From: Desulfobacterales bacterium
Lineage (GTDB): Bacteria > Desulfobacterota > Desulfobacteria > Desulfobacterales > G963662235
Assembly: GCA_963662235.1 (NCBI GenBank)
Contig: OY759308.1
Span: forward strand, 1,078,109-1,142,108
Direction: 5' to 3'
DNA length: 64,000 nucleotides
The notes beneath the pieces are model-generated. The model saw only the letters and a program-made list of their open reading frames with translations, ran no database searches and was not told the origin of the DNA. This document shows, piece after piece, positions 19,509 through 28,612 of the stretch (positions are counted from its first letter, which is position 1; the number at the start of each line of letters is the position of its first letter). Position numbers and translations under genes: made by a program.

Positions 19509-20765
19509 TTAAAAAATTTGTGTTGCAAAATAGTCGTTTATGTTCTCTTCGCGTCTTATAAGTTTTACTGTACCGGCCTCTTTTAAAAGCAACTCTTTAG
19601 GTCTTAATCTGCCATTATAGTTAAATCCCATAGCGTGTCCGTGTGCACCTGTATCGTGAATAATAATTGTATCTCCAATCTCTATTATAGGAAGCTTTCT
19701 ATCTATTGCAAATTTGTCGTTGTTTTCACAAAGAGAGCCTACAACATCTACTATTTGTTTTTGAGTTTCTTTTTCTTTATTTAAAACAGTTATGTGATGG
19801 TATGCTTTATATATTCCAGGACGCATAAGGTCTGACATACAAGCGTCAACTCCTATGTACGTTTTATAAATCTCTTTTTTATTTATTACTTGAGTCACAA
19901 GAGCTCCATAAGGTCCTGTTATATATCTTCCAAGTTCAAAAAATATGGAAGGGATATAACCTCTTGCTTTTTTGAAAAGAGAGGAAACTTTTTTTATATC
20001 ACTTGCAAGTTTTTCAATATTAAATTTTTTTTCTTCGGGTTTGTAAGGTATTCCTACGCCTCCACCCATATTAATAAATTCAAATTTGATACCTATCTCA
20101 TCTTCTACTCTTTTGGCTATATCTATAAGCATCTTAAATGTATCAAATATATAAGTTTCGTTTAGTTCATTTGAAGCAAGCATAGTATGAACACCAAACT
20201 TTTTTACACCAAGCTCTTTTGCTTTTTTGTATGCATCAACTATTTTGTCATCACTTACGCCAAATTTAGCTTCTGTAGGTTTGCCAATAATAAAATTACC
20301 GTCTCTTTTCGCTCCGGGGTTGTATCTGAAAGATATAGTGTTTGGAATTTTGGGAAGTTTTTCGATTAAACTTATATCGTCAAGATTTAAAATTGCTTCG
20401 TTATCAAGTGCATACTTAAACTCTTCTATAGTTGTATTGTTTGAGCTAAACATTATATCGTCTTTTTTTGCACCCACTTTTTTTGCAAGTGCAACTTCAG
20501 GAATTGAAGAGCAGTCAAATCCTAAATTTTCTTCAAACAAAATTTTCATTATTTGAAAGTTTGGCAACGCTTTTACTGCAAAAAACTCTTTATAATCTGG
20601 AAAAGAAGAAAAGTTCTTTTCAAGATTACGCACATTTTCTCTTATACCTTTTTCATCATAAATATGAAAAGGGGTACCAAACTCTTTTATAATATCTTTT
20701 AAAATTGGTTTTAATCTTTTGTAATAGTTTTCTGATAGTGGCATTTTTATTTTATAACCTTTCAC
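19509..20765 (-). CDS. lysA: diaminopimelate decarboxylase-like PLP enzyme (Orn/DAP/Arg decarboxylase family)
   Basis: Alanine-racemase-fold decarboxylase pattern (FAVKA, GGGVGIPY, GSLCENND); 418 aa. Confidence 0.7.
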   Translation of the reverse strand: MKGYKIKMPLSENYYKRLKPILKDIIKEFGTPFHIYDEKGIRENVRNLEKNFSSFPDYKEFFAVKALPNFQIMKILFEENLGFDCSSIPEVALAKKVGAKKDDIMFSSNNTTIEEFKYALDNEAILNLDDISLIEKLPKIPNTISFRYNPGAKRDGNFIIGKPTEAKFGVSDDKIVDAYKKAKELGVKKFGVHTMLASNELNETYIFDTFKMLIDIAKRVEDEIGIKFEFINMGGGVGIPYKPEEKKFNIEKLASDIKKVSSLFKKARGYIPSIFFELGRYITGPYGALVTQVINKKEIYKTYIGVDACMSDLMRPGIYKAYHHITVLNKEKETQKQIVDVVGSLCENNDKFAIDRKLPIIEIGDTIIIHDTGAHGHAMGFNYNGRLRPKELLLKEAGTVKLIRREENINDYFATQIF

Positions 20766-20783
20766 TCAATTGGTTTCTTAAAT

Positions 20784-22343
20784 TTATCCATTGCTTTTAG
20801 AGAGCTTTGCACATAGCTCTATTTTAGCATTTTTTTTTGCAAGTTCAACCCCTGGTTGATCAAAAGGGTTTATGTTTAGAATAAAAGCGTAAAAGACAAC
20901 TTGGGCTTCATAAAAAGCTACAAGAGCTCCTATACTTTCAGGAGATATCTCTTTTATTCTTATGGTTGAAGATGGTCTGTTTCCTTCAAATTTCCTGCCA
21001 TCTCCAAAGGCAAGAGTTTCTGCTTGTGCTGTCATATTGGCTTCTATTCTTTTATTAACCTCTATATCTTTTGAAAAAGGTTTTTTTGTACTTATAAAAT
21101 CTATAGGGAAGGGGAGACCTTGATGAGCCATCTGCATAAAAGAGTGCTGTGCATTGAGCCCAGAATCTCCAAATAGTACATAACCCTCTTGCTCTTTTAA
21201 CTTCTTATCGGTGTTGTCAAATCCTTTTCCAAGACTTTCCATCACGAGTTGCGCTATATGAGGCACAAACTCTTTTAAAACATAAGGATATGGCAAAATG
21301 GCTTTAGCTTTATACCCTAAAATTTTAACGTTCCATATATCAATAAGTGCAGAAATAAGGGCAGGGTTTTTTTCTATTGGAGCATTTAAGATATATTTAT
21401 CTATCGCTTCGGCTCCTTTTAAAAATTTTTTAAAATTTTCAAACCCTAAATAAAGGCTTAAAGGCACTCCACTACTTGCAGAAGAGAGGCTAAATCGTCC
21501 GCCTACAAAATCGAACATATTAAAAGCTTTCAGCCTTTTTGAAACTTTTTCTTTTCTAATTTTTCCTTTTGAACTTATCGAAACTATATGCTTTTTGGCA
21601 TCTAATCCATTTGTTTTTAAAAGTTTTTCAACTCTTTCCTCGTTTAAAAGTGTTTCCATCGTGCTATTGCTTTTGGAAACAACAATCCAAACACTTTCAT
21701 CTAAGCTTATTTTTTGAATTATAGTGTTAAAGAGAGTGTCATCTATATTGTGCAAAAAATGGATATTCATATTTTGCTTTTTAAAGCCCTCAAGTGCTTT
21801 TGAAACAAATAGAGTTCCAGAACTTGAACCGCCAATGCCAACTACGATAATATCAGAAATTTTTTTACCATTTGAGCCTTTTAACTTTCCGCTAATTATA
21901 TCGTTTGAAAAATTTTCTATATTTTTAAGCTCTTCTTTAATCTCTAAGTAATAGTCATCTTTTTTTGAGCTATCGAAAGAGCGAAGTGCAGTGTGAAGTG
22001 CGGCTCTATTTTCTGAAAAATTTATCTTTTCGCCATTATACATAGAGACAAATTTCTCTTTTGCTTTACTCTCTTTCGATAAATCAAAAAGGAGCTTTAA
22101 TATAGAGCTATCTACTCTCTGTTTTGAAAAGTCACAAAAGAGTAGGTCTTTTGCATTTATTTTTAACTCTTCTTCTCTTTTGGTATCTTCTAAAAGGTTT
22201 TTAAGGTGGTTTTCTTTTTTATCTATATCTACTTTTTTTTTCTTTAATTCTTTAAATATTTTGCTTTCCACTTTTTTATTTTCCTTAAAATTTTTTGTTT
22301 TTTCAGAAACAACGGCTTTTATCATATGATAAAAAATATACAA
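20784..22343 (-). CDS. pgi: glucose-6-phosphate isomerase
   Basis: ENRAALHTALR, GIGGSSSG, and SKSNSTMETL (SKSGxTxET-type motif). The last residues are encoded by a solo MITE end. Confidence 0.9.
   Translation of the reverse strand: MYIFYHMIKAVVSEKTKNFKENKKVESKIFKELKKKKVDIDKKENHLKNLLEDTKREEELKINAKDLLFCDFSKQRVDSSILKLLFDLSKESKAKEKFVSMYNGEKINFSENRAALHTALRSFDSSKKDDYYLEIKEELKNIENFSNDIISGKLKGSNGKKISDIIVVGIGGSSSGTLFVSKALEGFKKQNMNIHFLHNIDDTLFNTIIQKISLDESVWIVVSKSNSTMETLLNEERVEKLLKTNGLDAKKHIVSISSKGKIRKEKVSKRLKAFNMFDFVGGRFSLSSASSGVPLSLYLGFENFKKFLKGAEAIDKYILNAPIEKNPALISALIDIWNVKILGYKAKAILPYPYVLKEFVPHIAQLVMESLGKGFDNTDKKLKEQEGYVLFGDSGLNAQHSFMQMAHQGLPFPIDFISTKKPFSKDIEVNKRIEANMTAQAETLAFGDGRKFEGNRPSSTIRIKEISPESIGALVAFYEAQVVFYAFILNINPFDQPGVELAKKNAKIELCAKLSKSNG
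20800..20826. repeat. solo MITE end inside the pgi 3' end
   Basis: gagagctttgcacatagctctatttta matches the MITE terminus. No partner end nearby. Confidence 0.7.
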
Positions 22344-22400
22344 ATACTATAGCAATGTTTTTTGATTTGTTTTTAAATTGATAAAAGATAAGGAAATATT

Positions 22401-22930
22401 ATGACAAATAAAATACCTTTAGAACATCCTGGAATTATTTTAAAATAAGAATGAGAGCTTTGCACATAGCTCTATTTTGGAATATTTTTGTGGTGTAGTA
22501 GTATATTAATACGTCAAACCCAAAAATATTGCAAAAGAGAGCGTAACTCTTTATAGGGTTTTTTTTAAGTTTTTGTGAAATTATCAAAAGTTGATATTTT
22601 ATTAAAAACTACTATTTTTTTATAAAAAAACATTATGTGCAAAGTTCTCAAGAATTTATAGAGCAATTGGGGACAACTGTTTATACAGTATCAAAAAGAA
22701 CAGGTATTTCGCAAACAGCTCTTAGTGAAATAATAAAAGGAAAAAGAAATATTTCACCAACAAACGCTTTAAAATTGTCAAAATTCTTTGGTGTTTCAGA
22801 CTGTTTTTTCATCAATATTCAAACTAAGTATAATTTAGATTTGGCAAAAGAAAAAAACAAGCAACCTCTTTCAAAAATAACTCCTTTTGAAATAATGAGT
22901 GCAAACAGAGAAAAAATATTGAAACTTTAG
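22401..22930 (+). pseudogene. higA: higA-type XRE antitoxin gene interrupted by a MITE
   Basis: The 15-codon N-terminal piece MTNKIPLEHPGIILK* (22401-22448) and the HTH body from 22650 are in the same frame once the MITE and one TSD copy (203 bp) are removed. An in-frame TAA remains at 22446. No higB nearby. Confidence 0.7.
22453..22649. mobile_element. MITE copy F (197 bp), TSD AAGAAT
   Basis: Ends gagagctttgcacat / atgtgcaaagttctc. AAGAAT at 22447-22452 and 22650-22655. Confidence 0.85.
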
Positions 22931-22950
22931 AGAACAGAAAACGCGGTTAT

Positions 22951-23033
22951 CTTCTACAATATTTCCATTTTTTATATTGGTGTTTGCATTATTCTATGGA
23001 CACAACACTGTAGGGGCACGGCGTGCCGTGCCC
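22951..23033. repeat. composite REP module (inverted copy of 16767-16848)
   Basis: The reverse complement aligns at about 90% with gggcacggcacgccgtgccc-acggtgttgtgtccatacaataatgcaaacaccaatataaaaaatg... Confidence 0.8.
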
Positions 23034-23048
23034 GTATCACATTTCACA

Positions 23049-24287
23049 TTAAACCTTGAAAACCTTTTTAATCTCATTTATTTTAGATTTTGAAATGCCT
23101 ACATTTGTGGCAAGTTTTTGCCAATTGGATAAAGCTTCTTTTGTCTGTTCTATCATAGCTTTAGCGTTCACTTCTTTGATGCCTGCTGTGTGTGCAAGAT
23201 TAAGAAGATGCTTATCTGTGATGTTTTTTCCAACTCCCATCACCATAGTGCTTTGTTCTGTGCCTGGTCCATTTGAATAAGTAATGTCATATGCTGGCGA
23301 AAGTTTCCATTCGCCGAACTCATTCATCAGAAATGAAAAATTTTTACCATGGTCATCTTGGTTGTGGGATAAGACATTAAATAGTGATAGGCGATACATC
23401 TTTTTAACTTCACGCATATCTTTCGTAAGTGTTGCTGTTAGTGCTATTAAGTCTTGATAGTCAAGTGAGGGGACACGAAAATTGATATTTAGTAACCCTG
23501 AGGCACTTACCATATGAAAGCGTTGATTGTTTATGCGGTCAAATCGCTTAATCGCAAAATGTCTGCCATTTTTTTTGGTTTCAAATAGATGTGTTTTTGG
23601 CATATCTAATCCAGCGATTTTTGCCATTTGGCTGTAAACATATTCAATTGCCCCTGCTTCTTTACCGTCACTTGTATTGCTGAATTTTACTATCCAATGT
23701 TCATACTCTTTTTTGAGATTTTTTACACCGTGTATAATTTTGCTCTTGTCTTTATTTACACCAATTAAAGCTTTCGGTCTTGCTCCTGCTGATGAACCAT
23801 TCAAAGCGAGTAATTTTTCAAAAAGGGCATCATACTTACCTTTCAAAATTGCTTCTGCTTCATACGATAAAGTATCAAGATTAACTTCTTCACTTTTCTT
23901 ATCTGTTTCACTGCGGTTAGGATGATATATCAATGCTCCCATACCATTTTCCCCTACATAAGCAAGACTATCCAAAACAGAAAAATTTTTTTGGTTTATG
24001 CCCTTAGCACGCAAAGCACGATCAAGTAACAATCGTCCCCAGCCATCTGGCAAGCTGTCTGAAAACACACCTGCAATTTTATTAGGGAGCATAGGGTCAA
24101 AAGATTGAAGTCCGTTTTTAAGGGGTAGTTTAATCGGTGAAATCTCAAGTCCTTTGCTTAAAAAATCAGAATCATATTCGAAGTAAACTTTACCATCACT
24201 TAGTGCCAATCGCCCAACCGAAAATGGTTTTTTATCGAAAAGAATAGAAACATTTACTAATGAAACTGGTTTATAAGTTTGTGTCAT
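23049..24287 (-). CDS. hipA: HipA-family serine/threonine kinase toxin
   Basis: 412 aa. HipA N-terminal coupling region and catalytic loop QDDHGKNFSF. Overlaps the upstream HTH gene by 4 nt. Confidence 0.85.
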   Translation of the reverse strand: MTQTYKPVSLVNVSILFDKKPFSVGRLALSDGKVYFEYDSDFLSKGLEISPIKLPLKNGLQSFDPMLPNKIAGVFSDSLPDGWGRLLLDRALRAKGINQKNFSVLDSLAYVGENGMGALIYHPNRSETDKKSEEVNLDTLSYEAEAILKGKYDALFEKLLALNGSSAGARPKALIGVNKDKSKIIHGVKNLKKEYEHWIVKFSNTSDGKEAGAIEYVYSQMAKIAGLDMPKTHLFETKKNGRHFAIKRFDRINNQRFHMVSASGLLNINFRVPSLDYQDLIALTATLTKDMREVKKMYRLSLFNVLSHNQDDHGKNFSFLMNEFGEWKLSPAYDITYSNGPGTEQSTMVMGVGKNITDKHLLNLAHTAGIKEVNAKAMIEQTKEALSNWQKLATNVGISKSKINEIKKVFKV

Positions 24288-24589
24288 TTTTTTCTCGCCC
24301 TTTGTCTTTTCTTTGTATTATCCTGTTTTAGTAATTCATCCATAGTTTTGAATTTTTCAGGATTTTCTTTGAGGGCTTGAAGCATAGGTTCAACGCCATC
24401 GCTCACCCATAGGAGTTTTAGAAAAGAAGAAAGGGAAATTTCTCCTGTTTGCTCAAATCGACACAAGGTTGGTAACGGTACGCCAGAGAGCTCTGCCAAT
24501 TCCGCCTGTGTTATGTTGCGTGCGAGGCGACGAGTTTTAAGAGTTTTTGCCACCTCTTTATTACTGTTTTTTTTATTAAATAATAACAT
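24284..24589 (-). CDS. hipB: HipB-like XRE helix-turn-helix antitoxin
   Basis: HTH ITQAELAELSGVPLPTLCRFEQ; translationally coupled to hipA. Confidence 0.75.
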   Translation of the reverse strand: MLLFNKKNSNKEVAKTLKTRRLARNITQAELAELSGVPLPTLCRFEQTGEISLSSFLKLLWVSDGVEPMLQALKENPEKFKTMDELLKQDNTKKRQRARKK

Positions 24590-24794
24590 ATTATTACCTA
24601 TATCTTTTTTTATATTATTTGTAATACCATATTGTTATTTAAATATAAAAAATACAAGTTTTTAATATATCTTTTGATACAGCGTGCCTTGCCAAAATTG
24701 TCTTGATTTTATTTGGGTTTTTTTAAATCTATATGTTATACAAAGTCAGTGTAAATTTAATTTCCAAATGAATAAATCAGGTAAAAGGGTAATA

Positions 24795-25823
24795 ATGAAA
24801 AAAAGTTTAATTTTTATTTTTTTAATTTTTATAGCATCTGGTTGTGGTTCAAGTGGTAGCTCTTCTGTTACATATTCATGGCAAATAAACACTTGGGGAG
24901 ATTGTACCAGCGGGACACAGAATAGAACAGTTTATTGTATATCATCGGAAAGAAAGACAGTAGAAGATTCTAATTGTAGTGGTACAAAACCTACAACTAT
25001 TCAAATTTGTTCAACCTCAGAAATAATAAACGACGTAGGGATGAAATTTGTTCCAGTAAAAAGAGATTCATTTCAGATGGGGTCAAGTAGTGGAGAAGAT
25101 GATGAAAAACCTGTCCATACAGTAAATATCACAAACGATTTTTATGTGGGTAGATATGAAGTGACTAATAGTCAAGTTGTTGCAGTATATAACTGGGCAA
25201 AAACAAACAGTGTATCTGGTTTAACTTTTAGTGTAGCGAGTGTGAGTTACAATGGTAATCAGCTTTTAAATTTAAGTAATAGTTCTTGCCAGATAGCTTA
25301 TGATAACGACAATTCTTTATCGGTAAAGGATAGTAAGGATAATTATCCTTGTGTAATGATAACTTGGTACGGAGCAAAAGCATTTGCAGATTTTTTAAAT
25401 CAAAAAGAGGGAGTGACAGACAAATATAGACTTTTAACGGAAGCAGAGTGGGAATATGCAGCAAGAGGAGGGACTAAGAGCAATGGTTATACATATTCAG
25501 GAAGTAATGCGATAGGCGATGTCGCTTGGTATTTTTCTAATTCAAGCAATGTTACACACACAGTGGAGACAAAATCTCCAAATGAGTTAGGAACATACAA
25601 TATGAGCGGTAATGTATTTGAATGGGTTCAAGATAGATATGATTCAAGCTTTTATTCAAAGTCGTCAGCAGATAATCCTATAAATACTTCTGGTTCTTCT
25701 TACGTTTGGCGTGGTGGGGCTTGGGTTAGTCAAGCTGAAAATTGTCGTGTCACCTATCGTTATTATGAAATTCCAACTTACAGTGCAGATGTATTAGGCT
25801 TCCGCATTGCTAAATCTCTTTAA
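24795..25823 (+). CDS. lipoprotein with FGE-sulfatase (SUMF1-like) domain and an N-terminal Trp/Cys module
   Basis: Lipobox FIASGC after MKKSLIFIFLIF. C-terminal FGE-sulfatase patterns (LLTEAEWEYAARGG, NMSGNVFEWV, WRGGAW, GFRIAK). The track start at 24684 is probably too far upstream. Confidence 0.75.
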   Translation: MKKSLIFIFLIFIASGCGSSGSSSVTYSWQINTWGDCTSGTQNRTVYCISSERKTVEDSNCSGTKPTTIQICSTSEIINDVGMKFVPVKRDSFQMGSSSGEDDEKPVHTVNITNDFYVGRYEVTNSQVVAVYNWAKTNSVSGLTFSVASVSYNGNQLLNLSNSSCQIAYDNDNSLSVKDSKDNYPCVMITWYGAKAFADFLNQKEGVTDKYRLLTEAEWEYAARGGTKSNGYTYSGSNAIGDVAWYFSNSSNVTHTVETKSPNELGTYNMSGNVFEWVQDRYDSSFYSKSSADNPINTSGSSYVWRGGAWVSQAENCRVTYRYYEIPTYSADVLGFRIAKSL

Positions 25824-25886
25824 ATGATATTTTAAAATAACGGATATAGTTATTAAAAAAGAATTTTTATAAAGCAAATATTTATT

Positions 25887-27572
25887 ATGATTATAGGATT
25901 AGACGCAGGAGGAACACATACTGATGTTGTTCTTTTGGATAGAAAAGGTCTTGTTAAAACAGTAAAAATTGTAACTGACCATAACAATTTGCTCTCTACT
26001 ATTTTAAGTGGGCTTGAAAAAATTACAGAAGATATTGAAAAAGATAGTATAAATAGAGTCGTTTTAAGTACAACACTCACTACAAATTTTATTGTACAAA
26101 ATGAGTCAGAAAGTGTTGGTATGATTGTTATGAGTGGACCTGGAATAAACCCTTACGATTTAAAAATAGGTGAAAATTTTTATGTTGCGAGTGGGAGCAT
26201 AAACCATAGGGGCGATTTAATAGAAGATATTGACTATGAAGAGATAGAAAAGATAGGAGATGAGCTTTGTGCAAAAAATATAAAGTATGTTGGCATAGTT
26301 TCAAAATTTTCGAATAGAAATCCAATTTTAGAGATAAATGCAAAAAAGCTCCTTAATAAAAAATTCAAAAAAATATTTTTAGGACACAAAATATCTGGCG
26401 AACTTAATTTTCCAAGAAGAATAACAACGACCTATTTAAATAGTTTAATCTATTCATCGTATAAAGTTTTTTTTGAATCGGTTAAAAAATCACTTGAGAT
26501 GAAAAAGCTTGAACTTCCTATCTATATATTAAAGGCAGATGGCGGAACTATGAGCCTTGAAAGCTCTATTAATATGCCTTCCGAGACAATTTTATCGGGT
26601 CCTGCGGCAAGTATAATGGGCTCTATTATATTTGCAGGAGAAAAAGAAGATGTGATTTCAATGGACATAGGAGGAACCACTACTGACATATCTGTTTTTA
26701 TAAAGAAAAATACAATATTAGAGTCTTTATGCATAAAGAGTAAAAATTATAAGACACTTATAAGGTCTATAAAATCGAAATCTATAGGGGTTGGTGGTGA
26801 TAGTTTAGTCAAAGTTATAGACGGAAAAATCGTTATAGGTCCTAAAAGAATGGGACCAGCTATGGCGTTTGGTGGCAATGAGCCAACAGTTATGGATGCA
26901 GTCATCGTGCTTAATAAAATTGAAAAGTGTGATAAAAAAAGAGCAGAAGTGGGAATTCAAAAAATTGCAGAAGAGCTTAATATGAGCCTTAAAGAGAGTG
27001 CTCAAAAGATTTTTGATACAGCTATTTTTGCTATATTAAATAGTGCAGAAGAAATGGTAAGAGAGATAAAACAGAGACCAATTTACACTGTTGATGAACT
27101 TGTTAAAAGCGAAGAGAGTGATTTTTTTCCAAAGAAAATATTAATTATGGGTACGCCTGCTAAAGTTTTTGCAGATAGGATGAACGAAATAAGCCAGTTT
27201 AATGTAGAAGTTGTGCCAAATTATAGCGTAGCGAACGCAATTGGTGCAGCACTTTCAAAGGTAACAACGGAAATTACAGTTGTAGCTGACACAGAAAAAG
27301 GAAGAATTGTTGCAGATGGAGGAATTTTAGAATCTATAGGTAAAAACTTTTCTCTGTCCGATACCATTCAATTTGCAGAAGATGTGTTAAAAGAAAAGGC
27401 GTTAGGAATTGGAGCTAACTTAGAAAATTTTGAAATGGAAATATTAGAAAGCTCTGAATTTAATGTTGTAAGAGGATTTTATGCTACAGGGAAAAATATC
27501 AGAGTTAAGGCACAAATAAAACCCGGATTTGTAAAGAGGTTTAGTGAAGAGAATTTTAAAATACTAAATTAA
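25887..27572 (+). CDS. hydantoinase/oxoprolinase-family protein
   Basis: MIIGLDAGGTHTDVVLLD and a second DIGGTTTDIS ASKHA-fold phosphate motif; 561 aa. Confidence 0.75.
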   Translation: MIIGLDAGGTHTDVVLLDRKGLVKTVKIVTDHNNLLSTILSGLEKITEDIEKDSINRVVLSTTLTTNFIVQNESESVGMIVMSGPGINPYDLKIGENFYVASGSINHRGDLIEDIDYEEIEKIGDELCAKNIKYVGIVSKFSNRNPILEINAKKLLNKKFKKIFLGHKISGELNFPRRITTTYLNSLIYSSYKVFFESVKKSLEMKKLELPIYILKADGGTMSLESSINMPSETILSGPAASIMGSIIFAGEKEDVISMDIGGTTTDISVFIKKNTILESLCIKSKNYKTLIRSIKSKSIGVGGDSLVKVIDGKIVIGPKRMGPAMAFGGNEPTVMDAVIVLNKIEKCDKKRAEVGIQKIAEELNMSLKESAQKIFDTAIFAILNSAEEMVREIKQRPIYTVDELVKSEESDFFPKKILIMGTPAKVFADRMNEISQFNVEVVPNYSVANAIGAALSKVTTEITVVADTEKGRIVADGGILESIGKNFSLSDTIQFAEDVLKEKALGIGANLENFEMEILESSEFNVVRGFYATGKNIRVKAQIKPGFVKRFSEENFKILN

Positions 27573-27580
27573 TATACGAT

Positions 27581-28069
27581 ATGAAAAGCAAATACATCAA
27601 ACTTATCTTAATAACAGCAGTTGTGATTTTTTTAGACCAAGTCACCAAATTTTTAATAGTTAAACAAATGCCTCTCTACTCTTCTGTTGCTATCATACCC
27701 GATTTCTTTAACTTGGTTCATTATAGAAATAGTGGCGGTGCTTTTAGTTTAATGGCAAACAGTTCTGTAAACGTAAGATTTTTTGTCTTTATCGTCCTTT
27801 CTATAGCAGCAATTTTTTTTATTATGTATCTATTTTTCAAAATCCCAGAAGAAAAAAAAATGCTTCAAGTGTCAATGGCGATGATATTTAGTGGTGCTTG
27901 TGGCAATATGGTAGACAGATTAAGGTTTATGTACGTTGTAGACTTTTTGGATTTTTATATAAAAGATTATCACTGGCCAGCTTTTAATGTCGCAGATAGT
28001 TCAATATCAATAGGTGTTGTTATTATTATGTTTCATATATTTTTTAAAAAAATGCCAGATAGTTTATAG
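27581..28069 (+). CDS. lspA: lipoprotein signal peptidase II
   Basis: DQVTKFLIV, NSGGAFS, VVDFLDF, FNVADSSI. Confidence 0.9.
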   Translation: MKSKYIKLILITAVVIFLDQVTKFLIVKQMPLYSSVAIIPDFFNLVHYRNSGGAFSLMANSSVNVRFFVFIVLSIAAIFFIMYLFFKIPEEKKMLQVSMAMIFSGACGNMVDRLRFMYVVDFLDFYIKDYHWPAFNVADSSISIGVVIIMFHIFFKKMPDSL

Positions 28070-28084
28070 GAAAAATTTTATAAT

Positions 28085-28603
28085 ATGAATGTAGTTATGA
28101 TAGGCGACTCCTTAACAGAGTGGGGCGATTGGAATAAATTGTTGAATGAAAACGATGTTTTAAATGAAGGTATATCTGGGAACACAAGTTATGATATTCT
28201 TGATAGAATAGATACTATTAATATCTCTCAAAGTAGTTTAGTTGTTTTGATGCTTGGAATAAACGATCTTTATATAGGTTACGAAATCGCATCAATTTTT
28301 AAAAACTATAAAAAAATAGTAGAATATATAAGTCAAAAAACGTCTAATATTATAGTCCAATCTACTGTTTATGCAGGTAAGCAAGAAAATTTTATGAATA
28401 GTAAAGTGGAAAAGTTAAACGAGATGCTTGTAGATTATGTAAAAAAAAGAGGTTTTCACTATATAGATGTAAACAGTGTTCTATCTTCGGGCAATGAGTT
28501 GAAAGATTTATACACAACAGATGGCGTCCATTTTAGCAAAGAAGGCTATGAAACTTGGGGTCTTTTTTTAAAAAATCAAATAGCTAAATTCTCGTCACTA
28601 TAA
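28085..28603 (+). CDS. SGNH/GDSL hydrolase
   Basis: Block I IGDSLTE, block III GINDL, block V DGVHFS. Confidence 0.8.
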   Translation: MNVVMIGDSLTEWGDWNKLLNENDVLNEGISGNTSYDILDRIDTINISQSSLVVLMLGINDLYIGYEIASIFKNYKKIVEYISQKTSNIIVQSTVYAGKQENFMNSKVEKLNEMLVDYVKKRGFHYIDVNSVLSSGNELKDLYTTDGVHFSKEGYETWGLFLKNQIAKFSSL

Positions 28604-28612
28604 AAATCTCTA

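Noticed and set aside
23049-24589. hipBA as a candidate novel system
   Set aside because: It has the canonical architecture: an XRE HTH gene overlapping a HipA kinase gene by 4 nt, with standard motifs. Nothing is unusual beyond its position next to the broken higA.
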